DNA of 64,000 bases from an uncultured Gemmatimonadaceae bacterium (GTDB taxonomy: Bacteria > Gemmatimonadota > Gemmatimonadetes > Gemmatimonadales > Gemmatimonadaceae). Each line of letters opens with the position of its first letter. Positions within the stretch are counted from its first letter, which is position 1. A model generated the notes under the pieces. That model did no database searches. It saw only the letters and a list, made by a program, of their open reading frames with translations, and was not told where the DNA came from. Positions 10,090 to 21,634 of the stretch are shown here, one piece after another. The translations under genes and the position numbers were made by a program. The DNA lies in assembly GCA_963829055.1 (NCBI GenBank), contig CAWHHI010000005.1, forward strand, positions 1 through 64,000. The letters are read 5' to 3'.

Positions 10090-12823
10090 ATGCTTCCCTC
10101 CCGCGCCCGCCGATTCTTCCGGCTCGCCATTCACCGCCCGGCTCTCACCGAGCAGGATGTGGACGCGGAGATCGCGTTCCATCTCGAGGCGCGCGTGGCG
10201 CAGCTCATGGCGCGCGGCATGTCACCGGACGCCGCCCGATCCGAAGCGCAGCGGCGCTTCGGGAACGTCGAGCTGGCGCGTCATACCCTAACGAGCTCGG
10301 CAGCCCGCCGAGAGACACGCATGGAGCTCCGCGAATTCCTCGGCAACTGGGCTCAGGATTTTCGCTACGCCGCCCGCGGCATGCGAAAGAATCCGGGCTT
10401 TACCGCGGCCGTCGTCCTCACGCTCGCGCTCGGGATCGGCGCGAACGCCACGATGTTCGGCGTCGTCGATCGGCTGCTCCTGCAGCCGCCCGCGTACCTG
10501 CGGTCGCCTGACGAGGTGCATCGCGTCTACCTCACGGCGAACGGCGACAACTTCGGCATGATGATCGGCACCAACCAGTCGTATCGTCGGTACCAGGACC
10601 TGATCAAGCATGCGCGCAGTGCGTCGCAGATCGCGGCGCATTACGAGACGGAACTCGTGTTCGGCACTGGCGAGGCTGCACACGAGGAGCGCACGGGGCT
10701 CGTCAGCGCGAGCTTCTGGCCGCTGTTCGGCGTGCAGCCGGCGCTCGGCAGGTTCTTCACGACGACGGAAGACCAGTTGCCGCAAGGCACGCCCGTCGCC
10801 GTGCTCGGTTACGGCTACTGGCAGTCGCATTTCGGCGGCGCGCGCGACGTTCTCGGAAAGCCCATCCGGATCGGCCGCTCCGACTACACGATCATTGGCG
10901 TGGCACCGCGCGGATTCAGCGGCATCTCCCTGCGGTCCATTGCCGCGTTCATCCCGCTCACCGCGGGCGGCGCCGACGTCTTCGCGGAGATCGGCGTCGA
11001 GCGACCGCTGGCGCGAATCGTACCGCGTGGGTGGCTGCAGACGCTCGTGCGGCGCAAGCCTAACGTGAGCGTCGAGGCGGCCTCGGCGGACTTCACGAAC
11101 GCGTATCGCCTGAGCCTCGAGACACAGCGTCCGACGGAACCGCCCGGTCGAGTCCCGGGGCCTGATTCGCTGCGCGCGCGGGCGGAGCTCGCGTCGATCA
11201 TTCAGGACCGCGGACCGCGGCGCAGCCAGGAAGCGACCGTCGCCGTGTGGCTCGTTGGCGTCTCGGTGCTCGTGCTGCTCATGGCGTGCGCGAACGTCGC
11301 CAACCTGCTCGTCGCGCGCGCGATCCGTCGGCGGCGCGAGATCGCGGTGCGCCTCGCCGTCGGCGTGTCGCGCGGTCGGCTGCTGACGCAGCTCCTCTCG
11401 GAGAGCACGCTGCTCGCGATCGTCGGCGGCGCTGTCGGCGTTCTCGTCGCGCAGTGGGGCGGTGGACTGCTTCGCGGCCTGCTCTTGCCCGACGTGGAAT
11501 GGACGGCCCCGGCGCTCGATCCGCGCGTCATCGTCGTCACGGTGCTGCTCGCGCTCGTCGCCGGGCTCATCACGGGTCTCGCGCCCATGCGCCAGCTCGC
11601 GCGGACCGACGTGGTCTCCGATCTCCGCACCGGCGGACGTGGCGTGAGCCTTCGCGGCTCGCGGATGCGTCGCGCGACTGCTCGTGCTGCAGGGCGCGAT
11701 CTCCGTCGTGCTGCTCGTCGGCGCCGGGCTGTTCGTGCGCAGCTTCCACAACGTGCGTTCGCTCGACCTCGGCTTCCAGCCGGAGCACGTGATCGTCGCG
11801 GAATTGTCGGCGCGCGGCACGCCGATCGATTCCGCTGCGGCGCATCGAGATCATGGAGCGGCTTCGCGAGCGCGCCCTGACCGTGCCCGGCGTGCAGCAC
11901 GCCGCACACACGCTCACGATTCCGTTCAGCATCGAGTGGAACCAGTTCGTCTTCGTGCCGGGAATCGACTCGGCGTCGCTCCGGGATCTGTTCTACATCA
12001 ATCCGGTCGGTCCCGGGTACTTCGAGACGATGGGCACGCCGCTCATTCGCGGTCGCCAGATCACGGATGCCGACCGTGCCGGCAGCCAGCCGGTCGCCGT
12101 GCTGAGCCAGGCGGCCGCGCGCAGGATCTGGCCGTCGGAGGACCCGTTAGGCAAGTGCGTGAAGCTGCGAGCCCGATGGTCCGTGCAACGTCGTCGTCGG
12201 CATTTCGGGCGACATCCGAGCGCGGCTTCGATGAAGGGCCTGGCCGCCACGTGTACGTCGCGGCGACGCAGGTCCCGGCGCCGGACTCGCGGCTGTTCAT
12301 TCGCACGCGCGGTGATGCCGCCGCGCCAGACCGAGGCCGTGCGTCGTGCGCTTCAGGAAGTCGTGCCAGGCTTCGCGTACGTGAGCACTCGCACGCTCGA
12401 CGAGCATCGTTGCGCCACGAGATGCGCTCGTGGCGGCTCGGCGCGACGATGTTCACGATCTTCGGCCTGCTCGCGCTCGTGGTGGCGGCGATCGGCTTGT
12501 ACAGCGTGGTCGCGTACGACGTCTCGCAGCGCACGCGGGAGCTCGGCGTGCGCGTGGCGCTCGGCGCGAGCGCGGGGGCGGTGCTGCGGCTCGTCGTGGG
12601 TGAAGGCGTGCGGGTGGTACTCGTCGGGCTCGCGCTCGGCGCGGTCGCTGCGCTGTCGCTGGCGAGCAGGGTGTCGCCGCTGCTCTACGAGGTGTCGGCG
12701 AAGGATCCGGTGACGTATGCCGGGGTGGTTGGGGTGCTGCTCGTGGTGGCCGTCGTGGCGAGTCTCGCGCCTGCGCTGCGTGCGGCGCGCGTGGATCCTA
12801 ACGTCGCGTTGCGCGCAGACTGA
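10090..12823 (+). CDS. ADOP-type orphan ABC permease, several frameshifts (about 11680-12420)
   Basis: [47 protein letters not shown]-terminus [25 protein letters not shown]...[13 protein letters not shown]. Confidence 0.9.
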
Positions 12824-12864
12824 CGGGTGACAAGACCAGGACCGGGCGGCGTCTTCGGACGCCG

Positions 12865-14478
12865 CTACGGTCGAGGGACGTCTCGCAGGGGACGGCGCGA
12901 TCGGTTCGCCAGTTCCCAAGTGGTGGCGAAGACGGTGCGAGCCACCTTCTCCAGGTTCTGGTAGTCGATGCGATCGGCCGAATCCGAGGGCTGGTGGAAG
13001 TCCTCGTGCTCGCCACCATAATAGAAGATCACCGGCACCCCGCGCTCCGCGTAGCTGAGGTGGTCGCTGCGCATGAACAGCCGCGTTGGCTCGTCCGGGG
13101 CGTCGAAGCGCGTGTCGAAGGCGAGGCGCAAATAACGCGCGTTCACCATGTCGTTGATCTCGCCGAGCTCGCGACTCATGCGCTTCGCTCCCACCACGTA
13201 GATCGCTCCTGGAGGAACGACTTTCCATCGCGTGGTGTCCGTGTGCGAAGTCCGCGTGCGACCGACCATGTCGAGGTTGAGGGCGGCCACGATCTGCGGC
13301 AGCGGGACGGTGGGGTGCTGGACAAAGTACTTCGATCCCCAGTTCTGGCGCTCCTCGCCGGCGTGCCAGATGAACAGCACCGACCGCCTCGGGCGCGCCC
13401 CCTGCCCCATCGCCCGCGCCATCGCGAGCACGGCAGCCGAGCCGGAGCCGTCGTCGTCTGCGCCGTTGTAGATGGAGTCGCCATTCACCGGCGCCCCGAT
13501 TCCCAGGTGGTCGTAGTGAGCGCTGACGATGACGTATTCCTTTGCGAGCACCGCGTCGCTCCCCTTCACCATCGCGATCACGTTCTGGGTGGCGAGGGTG
13601 TCCTCGCGCACGCCGACGCGCAGGGTGAAGCGCCTGGCCGGATCCAGCGCGAAGGACGGCACGGGATCGCCGGCCGCGGCGCGATTGAATAGCAGTGAGG
13701 CGGGTTGCGACTCCCCCTCGAAGAGAGCGTTGAACATCTCGATCGACGGGCGCACGACCGGCAGCGGCGGCCGCACGACCGACCCCACCGGGGCCATGAT
13801 CCCATCCTCGGTCCCGTCGCGCAGCCGGCGATCGAACTCCAGGAGGGGTCCGAAGCTCGGGACCATGATCATCGCCCGCGCACCGCGTCGTTGGAGTGCG
13901 GGTTGGGGAGACTCCCAGTCGTCACCCTGCGGACCGCTCAGGTCCGCACGCCTGACGCCGGCTGGCAGCCCGGTCTCGGCGACGATGACGATCTTGTCCC
14001 GCACGTCGAGTTCACGATAGGCGTCGATTCCTTTGGAACGGATCACCCACCCGTGGCTCACGTAGACGAGCGAACCGCTGAACGTGCCGGCGAAGACGTT
14101 GACGACGTAGTCTTTGCCTAACGTGAAGTGCCGATCGCCGAGCTGCGCCTCGTTGGCCGGCGGATCGAGGCGGGCGCGCGTGATGCCGATGCGCTGGAAG
14201 AACGTTCCGCTGTCGCCTCCCGGACGAAGTTTCCAGCGCGCGAGGTGCCCGGCGAGGAGCTGCGCGGTCACGTCGAGTCCGCGTGACGGCGTCGCTCGGC
14301 CCTCCGTCTCGTCCGACGCGATGAAGGCGAGGTACTCTCGCAGCTCGCGGGCCGAGATGGCATCGGCGTTTCCGTGGTTGCTCGTCGCCAGCTGCGTCCG
14401 CGACGTTTGCCCACCGGCACCCCCTCCCGGCAGCACGAGGAGACAGAGGAGCAGCTGCTCGAAACGGAGCTTCATCAT
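12865..14478 (-). CDS. M28 family aminopeptidase with PA insert, signal peptide
   Basis: SAHYDHLG, GADDDGSG, HAGEE, LNLDMVGR, RSDH, HQPSD; probable start MMKLRF at 14478. Confidence 0.92.
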   Translation of the reverse strand: MMKLRFEQLLLCLLVLPGGGAGGQTSRTQLATSNHGNADAISARELREYLAFIASDETEGRATPSRGLDVTAQLLAGHLARWKLRPGGDSGTFFQRIGITRARLDPPANEAQLGDRHFTLGKDYVVNVFAGTFSGSLVYVSHGWVIRSKGIDAYRELDVRDKIVIVAETGLPAGVRRADLSGPQGDDWESPQPALQRRGARAMIMVPSFGPLLEFDRRLRDGTEDGIMAPVGSVVRPPLPVVRPSIEMFNALFEGESQPASLLFNRAAAGDPVPSFALDPARRFTLRVGVREDTLATQNVIAMVKGSDAVLAKEYVIVSAHYDHLGIGAPVNGDSIYNGADDDGSGSAAVLAMARAMGQGARPRRSVLFIWHAGEERQNWGSKYFVQHPTVPLPQIVAALNLDMVGRTRTSHTDTTRWKVVPPGAIYVVGAKRMSRELGEINDMVNARYLRLAFDTRFDAPDEPTRLFMRSDHLSYAERGVPVIFYYGGEHEDFHQPSDSADRIDYQNLEKVARTVFATTWELANRSRRPLRDVPRP

Positions 14479-14693
14479 CGATTCCCGGTCGTTGAGGCCA
14501 TCGTGCAGTTCGTTGGACACCCGTAGCAGTGGCGCCGTTGCCCATGTTACCGTGTAGTGCACCTTCATCGGGACACCAGGAGCGCCGTCGAAGATGGTCG
14601 CCACGGCGCGTTCATTGTCGTGCCGCCTCGGGCGACGGACGTGGTGAAGGCTGCGGAGCAGTGGGCCGTGCGATGAACGCGCTCGCGTCGACT

Positions 14694-15628
14694 CTACGCT
14701 GCCCCGGTGATGCGCGGCACGAGAATCCTGATGGACGAGCCGGCAGCGTCGATCTCGACGATGCCGCCAGCCGTGCGGTCGACATCACCAGGTCCGGCGG
14801 GCTCGGGCCAGAGGTGATCGTCGACGTGACCGTGGGCCGCTTGCCATCCGAGCCGGACGCGCGTGACGCGGCGGGTGGGGATGGGGAGCGTCGGCTCGTC
14901 GGATCCGGCGAGCGCGTCGAGATAGCATGCCTAACGCCTGACGATCCGCTTCCCGGACGAGCAGGAGGTCGAGCTGGCCATCGCCGGCGTCGGCATCGGG
15001 TGCGAGGGCGAGTCTCGGTCCCACGTACCCCGTGTTCAGCAGCATGGCCAACACGTAGTCGCCCGACAGATCGTCCCCGTCGGCGTCGACGTACCAGTGG
15101 CGAGGGCGCGTACGGGCCAACACCCGCCGCAGCCGCGCACCGCGATCCTCAGGGTTCGGACGGCTCGACGCGACCCCGTTCGCCTCCTCCCGCTCGGCGT
15201 CGCGGAGCATCGCCGCGAACGCCCCGACGCCCGCCGATTCGACGAACTTCGCGTCGCCCCACGGCGCTCGAACAGTCGGGATGTCGAGCGTGCGTCTCGC
15301 GTCGGAATCGAGACCGGCAACGATGTCGTTCACGTCGCCGTGCACGCCCAGTGACGCGGCGATGTTGTTGGCGGTACCGACTGGAAGGATGGCAAGCGGC
15401 ACATCGGGAGCGTGGGCTGCCATGAGCCGCGCCACCGCGCCAATGGTGCCGTCGCCTCCGGCGGCGAGAACGACCTCAGGGCGGCGCTGTAGCGCCCGCG
15501 TGAGCGACGCCGCCTCGGTCGACGTGTACTCGGCGTCGTGGCGAGCCGCACGGAGGCTGCGCGAGCAGTTCGGTGCCGAGATGGTCGCCCGATCCCGCTT
15601 CGGGATTGTGAACCAGCGTCACTCGCAT
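14694..15628 (-). CDS. Diacylglycerol kinase family lipid kinase, frameshifted
   Basis: MRVTLVHNPEAGSG, AAGGDGT, ILPVGTANNIA, NTGYVGP, GDGQLD, HVDDHLWP...RILVP spread over three frames. Confidence 0.8.
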
Positions 15629-15718
15629 AGGCGCTCGCGCATGGCGTCTCGGACACACGCACGCTCCGGGCCCGCTTGTTGCCCGAATTCGTAACGGATT
15701 CTGATCAATGGTGTGCCA

Positions 15719-16486
15719 ATGCGAATTCTTGTCGCCAACGATGACGGGATCTACAGCCCCGGCCTCCGCGCGCTCGCTCGCGCCGCGCGGCAGTTCGGCG
15801 ATGTGCGCATCTTCGCGCCGGATGTCGAGCAGTCTTCCATGGGCCACGCCATCACGCATGCGCGGCCGCTTCGCGTCCGGCGAACGCCGATCGACGACTT
15901 CGACGCGTATCGCGTGAACGGCACGCCCGCCGACTGCGTGGCGCTCGGCATCGATGCATGGGGTGGCGTGGACGTCGTGCTGTCCGGAATCAACCTCGGG
16001 TATAACCTCGGCAACTCGATCTGGCATTCGGGAACACTCGCGGCGGCGAAGCAGGCGACGCTGCTCGGCACGAGGGGCATCGCGTTGAGCACGCCCACCG
16101 GCGGCGACGAGCCTGACTTCGGCCGGCTCGATCCGTACGTGACGCAGGTGCTGTCGGTGCTGATTCCCGACACCGCGCTGCGTCTGGTCAACGTCAATCT
16201 CCCCCCGCAGCCGACGGGGCTGTGCTGGGCGCGTCAGGCGGTGCGTCACTACGACGGGCGCGTGGTGCCTGACGAAGACCCGATGGGCCGCAAGATGTAC
16301 TGGATCAGCGTGCGACCGGTCGAGGAGGTGGAGGAGGAGACGGACCTCTGGGCGGTGCGGCATGGGCGTGTCGCATTGACGCCGCTGCGGCTGGATCTGA
16401 CGGACCACGAGGCGTTGTCGGGCGCCAGAATGCGGATGCCGATGCCGAACGGGCAGCCGATCGAAGGGGCGCCTGCCGACGCCTAA
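15719..16486 (+). CDS. surE: 5'/3'-nucleotidase SurE
   Basis: MRILVANDDGIYSPG, NGTPADCV, SGINLGYNLG, SGTLAAA, TPLRLDLT. Confidence 0.96.
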   Translation: MRILVANDDGIYSPGLRALARAARQFGDVRIFAPDVEQSSMGHAITHARPLRVRRTPIDDFDAYRVNGTPADCVALGIDAWGGVDVVLSGINLGYNLGNSIWHSGTLAAAKQATLLGTRGIALSTPTGGDEPDFGRLDPYVTQVLSVLIPDTALRLVNVNLPPQPTGLCWARQAVRHYDGRVVPDEDPMGRKMYWISVRPVEEVEEETDLWAVRHGRVALTPLRLDLTDHEALSGARMRMPMPNGQPIEGAPADA

Positions 16487-16513
16487 CGCGCCTGCATAAC
16501 GCGCACACTGGTA

Positions 16514-16790
16514 TCAGGGTGCCTTTCGCTCCAGCTCACCGCGCAGCCCCCGAATCAGCGTGACATGATTCGCTGCCTGCGCGTCGCGCGGACGCGCAGG
16601 CAGCAGCGCGACGATGTACCGTTCGTCGGGGCCGAGGTCGTAGTTCGACAGGACGCCGGTGTCGGCGAGGCGTATCAGGGTCCACCGACGCGGCGTGCCC
16701 GGGACAAACCGTCCGCCCGCAATCGTGTGGCTGACCACCTCGAGCCTGTGGTCGACCGTCGTGAAGAGCAATCGCTGGCCGGCCTTCGAC
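16514..16790 (-). pseudogene. C-terminal remnant of a PD40/beta-propeller-tailed protein
   Basis: RLLFTTVDHRLEVV...NYDLGPDERYIV...HVTLIRGLRGELERKAP resembles tails of PD40-containing kinases; no 5' part. Confidence 0.45.
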
Positions 16791-16805
16791 CGTCGAGGGT
16801 CCTTG

Positions 16806-17397
16806 CTGCGTGCGCAGATCAAGGCCGGCCGAGTCCAGGCGTTTGCGGAGATCATTTTCACAGTACATCGGTGTCGCCGGCGGATCCCCGCCTCGATCCG
16901 TATTGGACGATCGCCGAGGAGCTCGACATTCCAGTCGGGATTCACATGGGGTTCGGACCGCCGAACGCGGCGTACGCGTCGAGCCCGACTCCGGTCAAGA
17001 CGCCGGAATATCGGCGGCGTACGGCAATCCGATGCTGCTCGAAGAGGCAATGATGCGCCACAAGAAGCTGCGGCTCTACGCGATGCCCGCGGGTTGGCCA
17101 ATGATCGAGCCGCTGATTGCGCTGCTGTACGCTCACCCCGGCGTGTACGTCGACGTTGGCGGCCTGCAAGCGTCGCTCGTGCCGCGCGCTTCGTACTATC
17201 GGCACCTGCGCGAATTGGTCGGGGCGGGCTTCGCCAAGCGGATCATGTTCGGCTCGGACTTTCCGGTCGGTGGGGTTGGCAAGGGTATCGACGCGATTCT
17301 TGCCGCAGATTTCCTGAGCGCCGACCAGAAGGCGGACATTCTGTTCGGGAACGCGCAGCGATTCTTCCGGCTTCCCGAATCGGCTTGTCGTCCGTAA
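16806..17397 (+). pseudogene. Amidohydrolase_2 family remnant lacking N-terminus
   Basis: LDPYWTIAEELDIPVGIHMG, LLYAHPGVYVDV, RIMFGSDFP, ILFGNAQRF across shifted frames; MPAGWP where MHAGWP is expected. Confidence 0.7.
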
Positions 17398-17414
17398 AGA
17401 TGCTGTGTCTCATG

Positions 17415-17987
17415 TCATCCGACGATCATCCTGCCAATGACTCCGAAGGCACTCAGGAGACCGACCGTGGTTGATGCGACCATCGCGGCGACCGCACTGC
17501 CAACCCACCACAGCCGGCGAGGCGACTCTCTCAGGGCCCCGGTCCAGGCGATCGCGGCCCAGAGCAGCCCTTCGATGAGAAACCACGGCTCATTGAAGAA
17601 GAGGTCCTGCAGATCGGCTGTTTTTCGGTCGATCGTCTGCCAGAACGGATAGCTGATCGTGAGCGCGCCGCTCAGGCTCGCAATGCGCTGGACGATGTCG
17701 ATCAGTGCATGGGACACGCACGCGACGGTGATGATCCAGCAGAGCACGAGCAGAAATGGACGGGCGCGGCGGTACGCCCAGGCGTTCACCAGGATGATCG
17801 CCAGTACGGCGATGATGAACAGTATTGCGGCGCCAATGGCGTTGATCCGGCGCCACTGCGCGAGCGATACCGGAGTGCCGTGCATGCCGATCGTACCGCC
17901 GAGGGCGTAGTAGGACCGGTAGAGTCCGTAGCCTAACGACCAGACGGCGGCGAGGCGGCTGGCCCGCCCGGGGGCTCGAACGTTCAC
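17415..17987 (-). CDS. Hypothetical membrane protein
   Basis: 190 aa with 4-5 hydrophobic helices, DL..NEPWFL.EG motif. Confidence 0.7.
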   Translation of the reverse strand: MNVRAPGRASRLAAVWSLGYGLYRSYYALGGTIGMHGTPVSLAQWRRINAIGAAILFIIAVLAIILVNAWAYRRARPFLLVLCWIITVACVSHALIDIVQRIASLSGALTISYPFWQTIDRKTADLQDLFFNEPWFLIEGLLWAAIAWTGALRESPRRLWWVGSAVAAMVASTTVGLLSAFGVIGRMIVG

Positions 17988-17997
17988 GGGAACGCCT

Positions 17998-18792
17998 CTA
18001 CGTGGCGTCCGGCATTTGCCACCCTGGCATTCGTGCCTTGATGATGAATGTGGTCGGCATCATGCGCGCCCGCGCGACGGAGTACCATCGCGCGGGGTCG
18101 GCGTGCGCCTCCTTCGCGAGATCCGCGTTGAGCTCGCCCTCCACCAGCGTTTCGATCCTGAGCCCTGCGCGCGCGATCTCGGTGACGAACGTGCCGAGCG
18201 TGCGGCGCTGGATGACGATGGGCACGCCCTTCCACGAGCTGTGCGCGAAGCCGCCTTCGGCACTGTACGGTTCCGCCATGACGTACTGCTTCCCGTTCCA
18301 CTCGAGGCAACCGTACGCGGGGTGCTCTCCGCTCAGGATGAATACGCCGCCGGGACGCAGATAGTCGACGACGAGCGCCAGTGTCCCGGGCAGGTCGGTC
18401 GTCCATCCCAGCCCGTAGATCGAGAACACCAGATCGAAGGAGCCTAACGGGATGCCCGGGTTCACCTCCATCGGGGACTCGACGAGCCTAACGCGTTCCG
18501 CGAACGGGCGGAGCGTCTCCTCGGCGAAGGCGATCTGCACCGGCGACAGGTCGAGGCCCCACAGCTCGCACGCGCCGCGTTCGGCGAGGTAGCGCAGCGA
18601 GTGGCCGCTCCCGCAGCCGAGTTCGAGGGCGCGGAAGTCGGGGGTGAGCTCGAGCAGGCGGAGCGTGTCTTCCGTTGGCGCGAGGGGGCCGTACTCGGGA
18701 AGAGCGGTACCGCCGTGGAAGATCGGCGCGACCCGATCCCATCCTGCACGGTTGATCGCGAGTGCGCGTTCGGAGTCGCTTCCTGGCTTCAA
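17998..18792 (-). CDS. Class I SAM-dependent methyltransferase
   Basis: LELGCGSG, GLDLS, FDLVFS, LRPGG. Confidence 0.9.
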   Translation of the reverse strand: MKPGSDSERALAINRAGWDRVAPIFHGGTALPEYGPLAPTEDTLRLLELTPDFRALELGCGSGHSLRYLAERGACELWGLDLSPVQIAFAEETLRPFAERVRLVESPMEVNPGIPLGSFDLVFSIYGLGWTTDLPGTLALVVDYLRPGGVFILSGEHPAYGCLEWNGKQYVMAEPYSAEGGFAHSSWKGVPIVIQRRTLGTFVTEIARAGLRIETLVEGELNADLAKEAHADPARWYSVARARMMPTTFIIKARMPGWQMPDAT

Positions 18793-18808
18793 CCTTTACT
18801 CCAGCAGA

Positions 18809-18903
18809 TCACGCATCGAGCTCGTGCTTGACTGGCCTCGCCTCTTCCATCGCGAGATACTCGTCGAGCGACAGGCGGCGGTGCGGGAATAGCGTCTGCG
18901 CAT
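18809..18903 (-). pseudogene. N-terminal remnant of a Uma2-family endonuclease
   Basis: Reads QTLFPHRRLSLDEYLAMEEARPVKHELDA*, typical Uma2 N-terminus, then stops. Confidence 0.55.
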
Positions 18904-19044
18904 GTGCCGAGCGTACGCTCGGCGCGGCGGAGAGCGCAAGGTCGACGCTGCTCCGCATGGGTGACAAGCCCGACTGGAGGTACCTCGATGAGGAGAGTCG
19001 GTCGTTCTGTTCTTGTGTGTGGCCTGTTCACTGTTGAGAGCTCT

Positions 19045-19290
19045 CATCGGCTCCCGGCGCACGGCGGTTATGCGGGGCCCATTCTCGCTGGCGTGAGCAA
19101 TCAGGGACAGAACAAGCGCGAACCGTACGTCACCGCCGGCGGCAGGACGTACCTGATCGGAACGCAGGATGGGAATTTCCCGAACGGTGCGCCTGGCGCC
19201 CGATACTATTTGAATGGCAGGCCGGTTTCCGTCGATGCCTCCGGCATCCGCATGAGCGGGCGGAAGAATCACGTGTTGGTGGTTCAATGA
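19045..19290 (+). pseudogene. Internally deleted remnant, possibly a glycogen-debranching-like glycosidase
   Basis: PYVTAGGRTYLIGTQDGNFP joined directly to a C-terminal-looking YYLNGRPV...HVLVVQ*. Confidence 0.35.
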
Positions 19291-19368
19291 ACGGCGTACC
19301 GGTCACGGTGCGCCCACGGCGACGAGTTCGACGACGCGCGGGAGACGCTCGGCGTTAGGCTGCGCGGC

Positions 19369-19480
19369 AGCGAGGGATCCCGTGGACGGTACGTGTGGCC
19401 AGATCGGCTACGGATATCGCACGCGAGATCCCTCGCTTCGCTGCGCTTCGCTCGGGATGACAAAGCGCTCAGGATGACAC
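19369..19480. repeat. REP/MITE-like palindromic element, copy 2 (partial, doubled arm)
   Basis: Minus strand after cupin stop: GTGTCATCCTGAGCGC-TTT-GTCATCCCGAGCGAAGCGCAGCGAAGCGAGGGATC ... GATCCCTCGCT. Confidence 0.75.
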
Positions 19481-20074
19481 TCAATCCTCCGGCAAGCCGG
19501 GGAACCGCACGCCGTACGTCTGGCAGATCTCTGCCGTGCGCTCCGGCTGGAACTCGATCGCGTAGCGCTCCGGCAGGTCGGAGTTGGGCAGCACGTCGCC
19601 CGGGCCCTTCGCATTCGTCGCCGCGATGGTGTCGCCCATCTCGTTGAAGAAGTGCTCGAAGCCCGACGGCGAGATGATCTCGAGGATGCGACACGGCTCG
19701 TCGCCGGCATTCCAGAACGTGTGCCACTGCTGGCGCGGCTTGAAGACGAGGTCACCAGGCCCCGCGTACACGACCTCGCCGCCGAGCAGCGCGCCCATGC
19801 GCCCCTCGAGCACGTAGCTGTACTCGTCCTCCCGGTCGTGCCGGTGCAGCGGCGCAGCGAGCGTGCGCGGCGGAATCGGGTGCTCGACGAGCGAGAAGTT
19901 GCCGCCCGTCTCCGCGCCCCAAACCATAAAGCGCACACCGACGGATCCCAGATCCACGAACTTGCCATCGCGCGGGCCGATGATGCGCGGACCGGTCGAG
20001 CCGTCGAACCGGGTCGTGGGGATCTCGGACTGCTGGGTCGGCTGCGTCCGCTCGGTCTGCTGTATCGTTGCCAT
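19481..20074 (-). CDS. Cupin domain protein
   Basis: PLHRHDREDEYSYVLEG, GDLVFKPRQQWHTFWN. Confidence 0.9.
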   Translation of the reverse strand: MATIQQTERTQPTQQSEIPTTRFDGSTGPRIIGPRDGKFVDLGSVGVRFMVWGAETGGNFSLVEHPIPPRTLAAPLHRHDREDEYSYVLEGRMGALLGGEVVYAGPGDLVFKPRQQWHTFWNAGDEPCRILEIISPSGFEHFFNEMGDTIAATNAKGPGDVLPNSDLPERYAIEFQPERTAEICQTYGVRFPGLPED

Positions 20075-20110
20075 GGTAGCCTCTCCTCACATGGTATCTA
20101 TAGATGTATA

Positions 20111-20203
20111 TTCAGTGAACGTTTTTGATCACTGAATGTGGCGTGAGAATATGATACGCCGATCCGTTTGTCAAGAGTTCAGTGAACATGTAAGTTCATT
20201 CAA
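20111..20203. promoter_or_regulatory. Two TetR-type operators between cupin and tetR
   Basis: TTCAGTGA-N10-TCACTGAA (20111-20136) and TTCAGTGAAC-atgtaa-GTTCATTCAA (20178-20203); the 10-mer TTCAGTGAAC is identical in both. Confidence 0.75.
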
Positions 20204-20812
20204 ATGGCAACTCGCAAATACCAGCAGAAACGCCGAGCCGAGCAGCAGTCCGACACGCGGCGGCGTATCGTCGAGGCGGTCGCGGCCCTGCACGGCGAGA
20301 TCGGGCCGGCGCGGACGACCATCAAGGCGATCGCCGAGCGTGCGGGGGTCGAGCGGCTGACCGTGTACCGCCACTTCGCTGACGAGGGTGCGCTCTTCGC
20401 CGCGTGCGATGCGCACTTCCGGGCGGAGACGCTTCCCCCCGACCCGGCCAGCTGGGCGGACGTGACCGATCCGGCCGAGCGTCTCCGCACCGCGCTCCTC
20501 GCGTTCTACGGTCACTACCGGCGGGGAGAGGACATGATCGCCCACGCCCAGCGCGACGCCCCGCAGCTCCCGGCGCTCGCCGCGGTGCTGGCCCCGTATG
20601 GCCAGTTCATGGAAGGCGTGCGCGAGGACCTGCAGGCGGCGTGGCCGGTGAGCGATGACGCACGCGCGCGACTCCGCGCGGCGATCGGGCACGCGTTGCG
20701 CTTCGACACATGGCGCTCGCTCGCTCGCGTCGAGAAGCTGGATGACAGAGAGGCAGCGGACCTCATGGTCGACCTCGCGCGCGCGGCCGCGGGGGCAGAG
20801 CCCCGGATCTGA
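20204..20812 (+). CDS. TetR/AcrR family regulator
   Basis: TRRRIVEA...TTIKAIAERAGVERLTVYRHF. Confidence 0.93.
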   Translation: MATRKYQQKRRAEQQSDTRRRIVEAVAALHGEIGPARTTIKAIAERAGVERLTVYRHFADEGALFAACDAHFRAETLPPDPASWADVTDPAERLRTALLAFYGHYRRGEDMIAHAQRDAPQLPALAAVLAPYGQFMEGVREDLQAAWPVSDDARARLRAAIGHALRFDTWRSLARVEKLDDREAADLMVDLARAAAGAEPRI

Positions 20813-20842
20813 ACGAGCCCGGCGACTCGGCCTCTCGCGAGC

Positions 20843-21617
20843 CTACGTGTCGCGCGAGACCGGGCGGCGCATCACCGTGTCGCGTTCTCGCACCTCGATC
20901 GGCTGAAACCCGCGCGTCTCGTACATCGACCGCGCACCGCGGAAGTGGCCGGCGTCGCTCGGCTCCGGCGCGTTATGCGGATACCCCTCGATCCACGAGG
21001 CGCCCCGCGCGCTGGCGTTCTCGATCACGCGGTCGAGCAGCGACGAGGCGACGCCGTGGCGCCGGAACGGCGGGGCGATGACGAAGCAGGAGACGCCAAT
21101 CACGAATCGTGGCTCGGGTCCGCTGGCATCGATGTTCCGATAGAGGCCGTAGTCCGAGCGGAATGAGGCGTTGACCCACCCAACCGCATTGCCCATCGAC
21201 GTAAGCGAGATAGCCAAACGTGCTGCCGCACCGAAGTCGCCCGGTCATGGTTGCGCGTGTGTCACGCCACGGACGCTCTGGTAGCTCCGGCGTCGCCGGC
21301 ACGTGCGGTTCGAGGCAGTAGCATGACGCCCAGTCGGGGTTCCCGGCGAACCCGTCGTGATCGAATAATCGCAGCCAGTCCTGGACGCGGTCGTCGGTCA
21401 CCGGGTGGACGATGACGCTGGCGATCTCGGAGAGTCGTTCCGTGCTGCCGGTCAGTCGCTCGGTCGCTTCGCCGTAGTTGCGGGCGTAGTTCCGGAGCGC
21501 TTCTTCGGGATAGACCCACGCATGCACGTCGTGGCCATGAGTCACGAACGCGTCGGTGAGGGCGTCGGCGTCGTGCGCCTCCAGCACCGCGTCGCACGCG
21601 AAGCATTTGACGTTCAC
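20843..21617 (-). CDS. GNAT acetyltransferase, frameshift near 21190
   Basis: WASCYC, GYLAYVDG / VGWVNA, VSCFVIAPPFRRHGVA, IEGYP, FRGARSMYETRGF. Confidence 0.85.
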
Positions 21618-21634
21618 GGGTTCCTCGGATCGCG

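Noticed and set aside
14479..14604. N-terminal extension of the M28 peptidase (and similarly 57076-57492 and 60743-61018)
   Set aside because: Signal peptides or domain starts lie downstream; the extensions are upstream open frame or debris.
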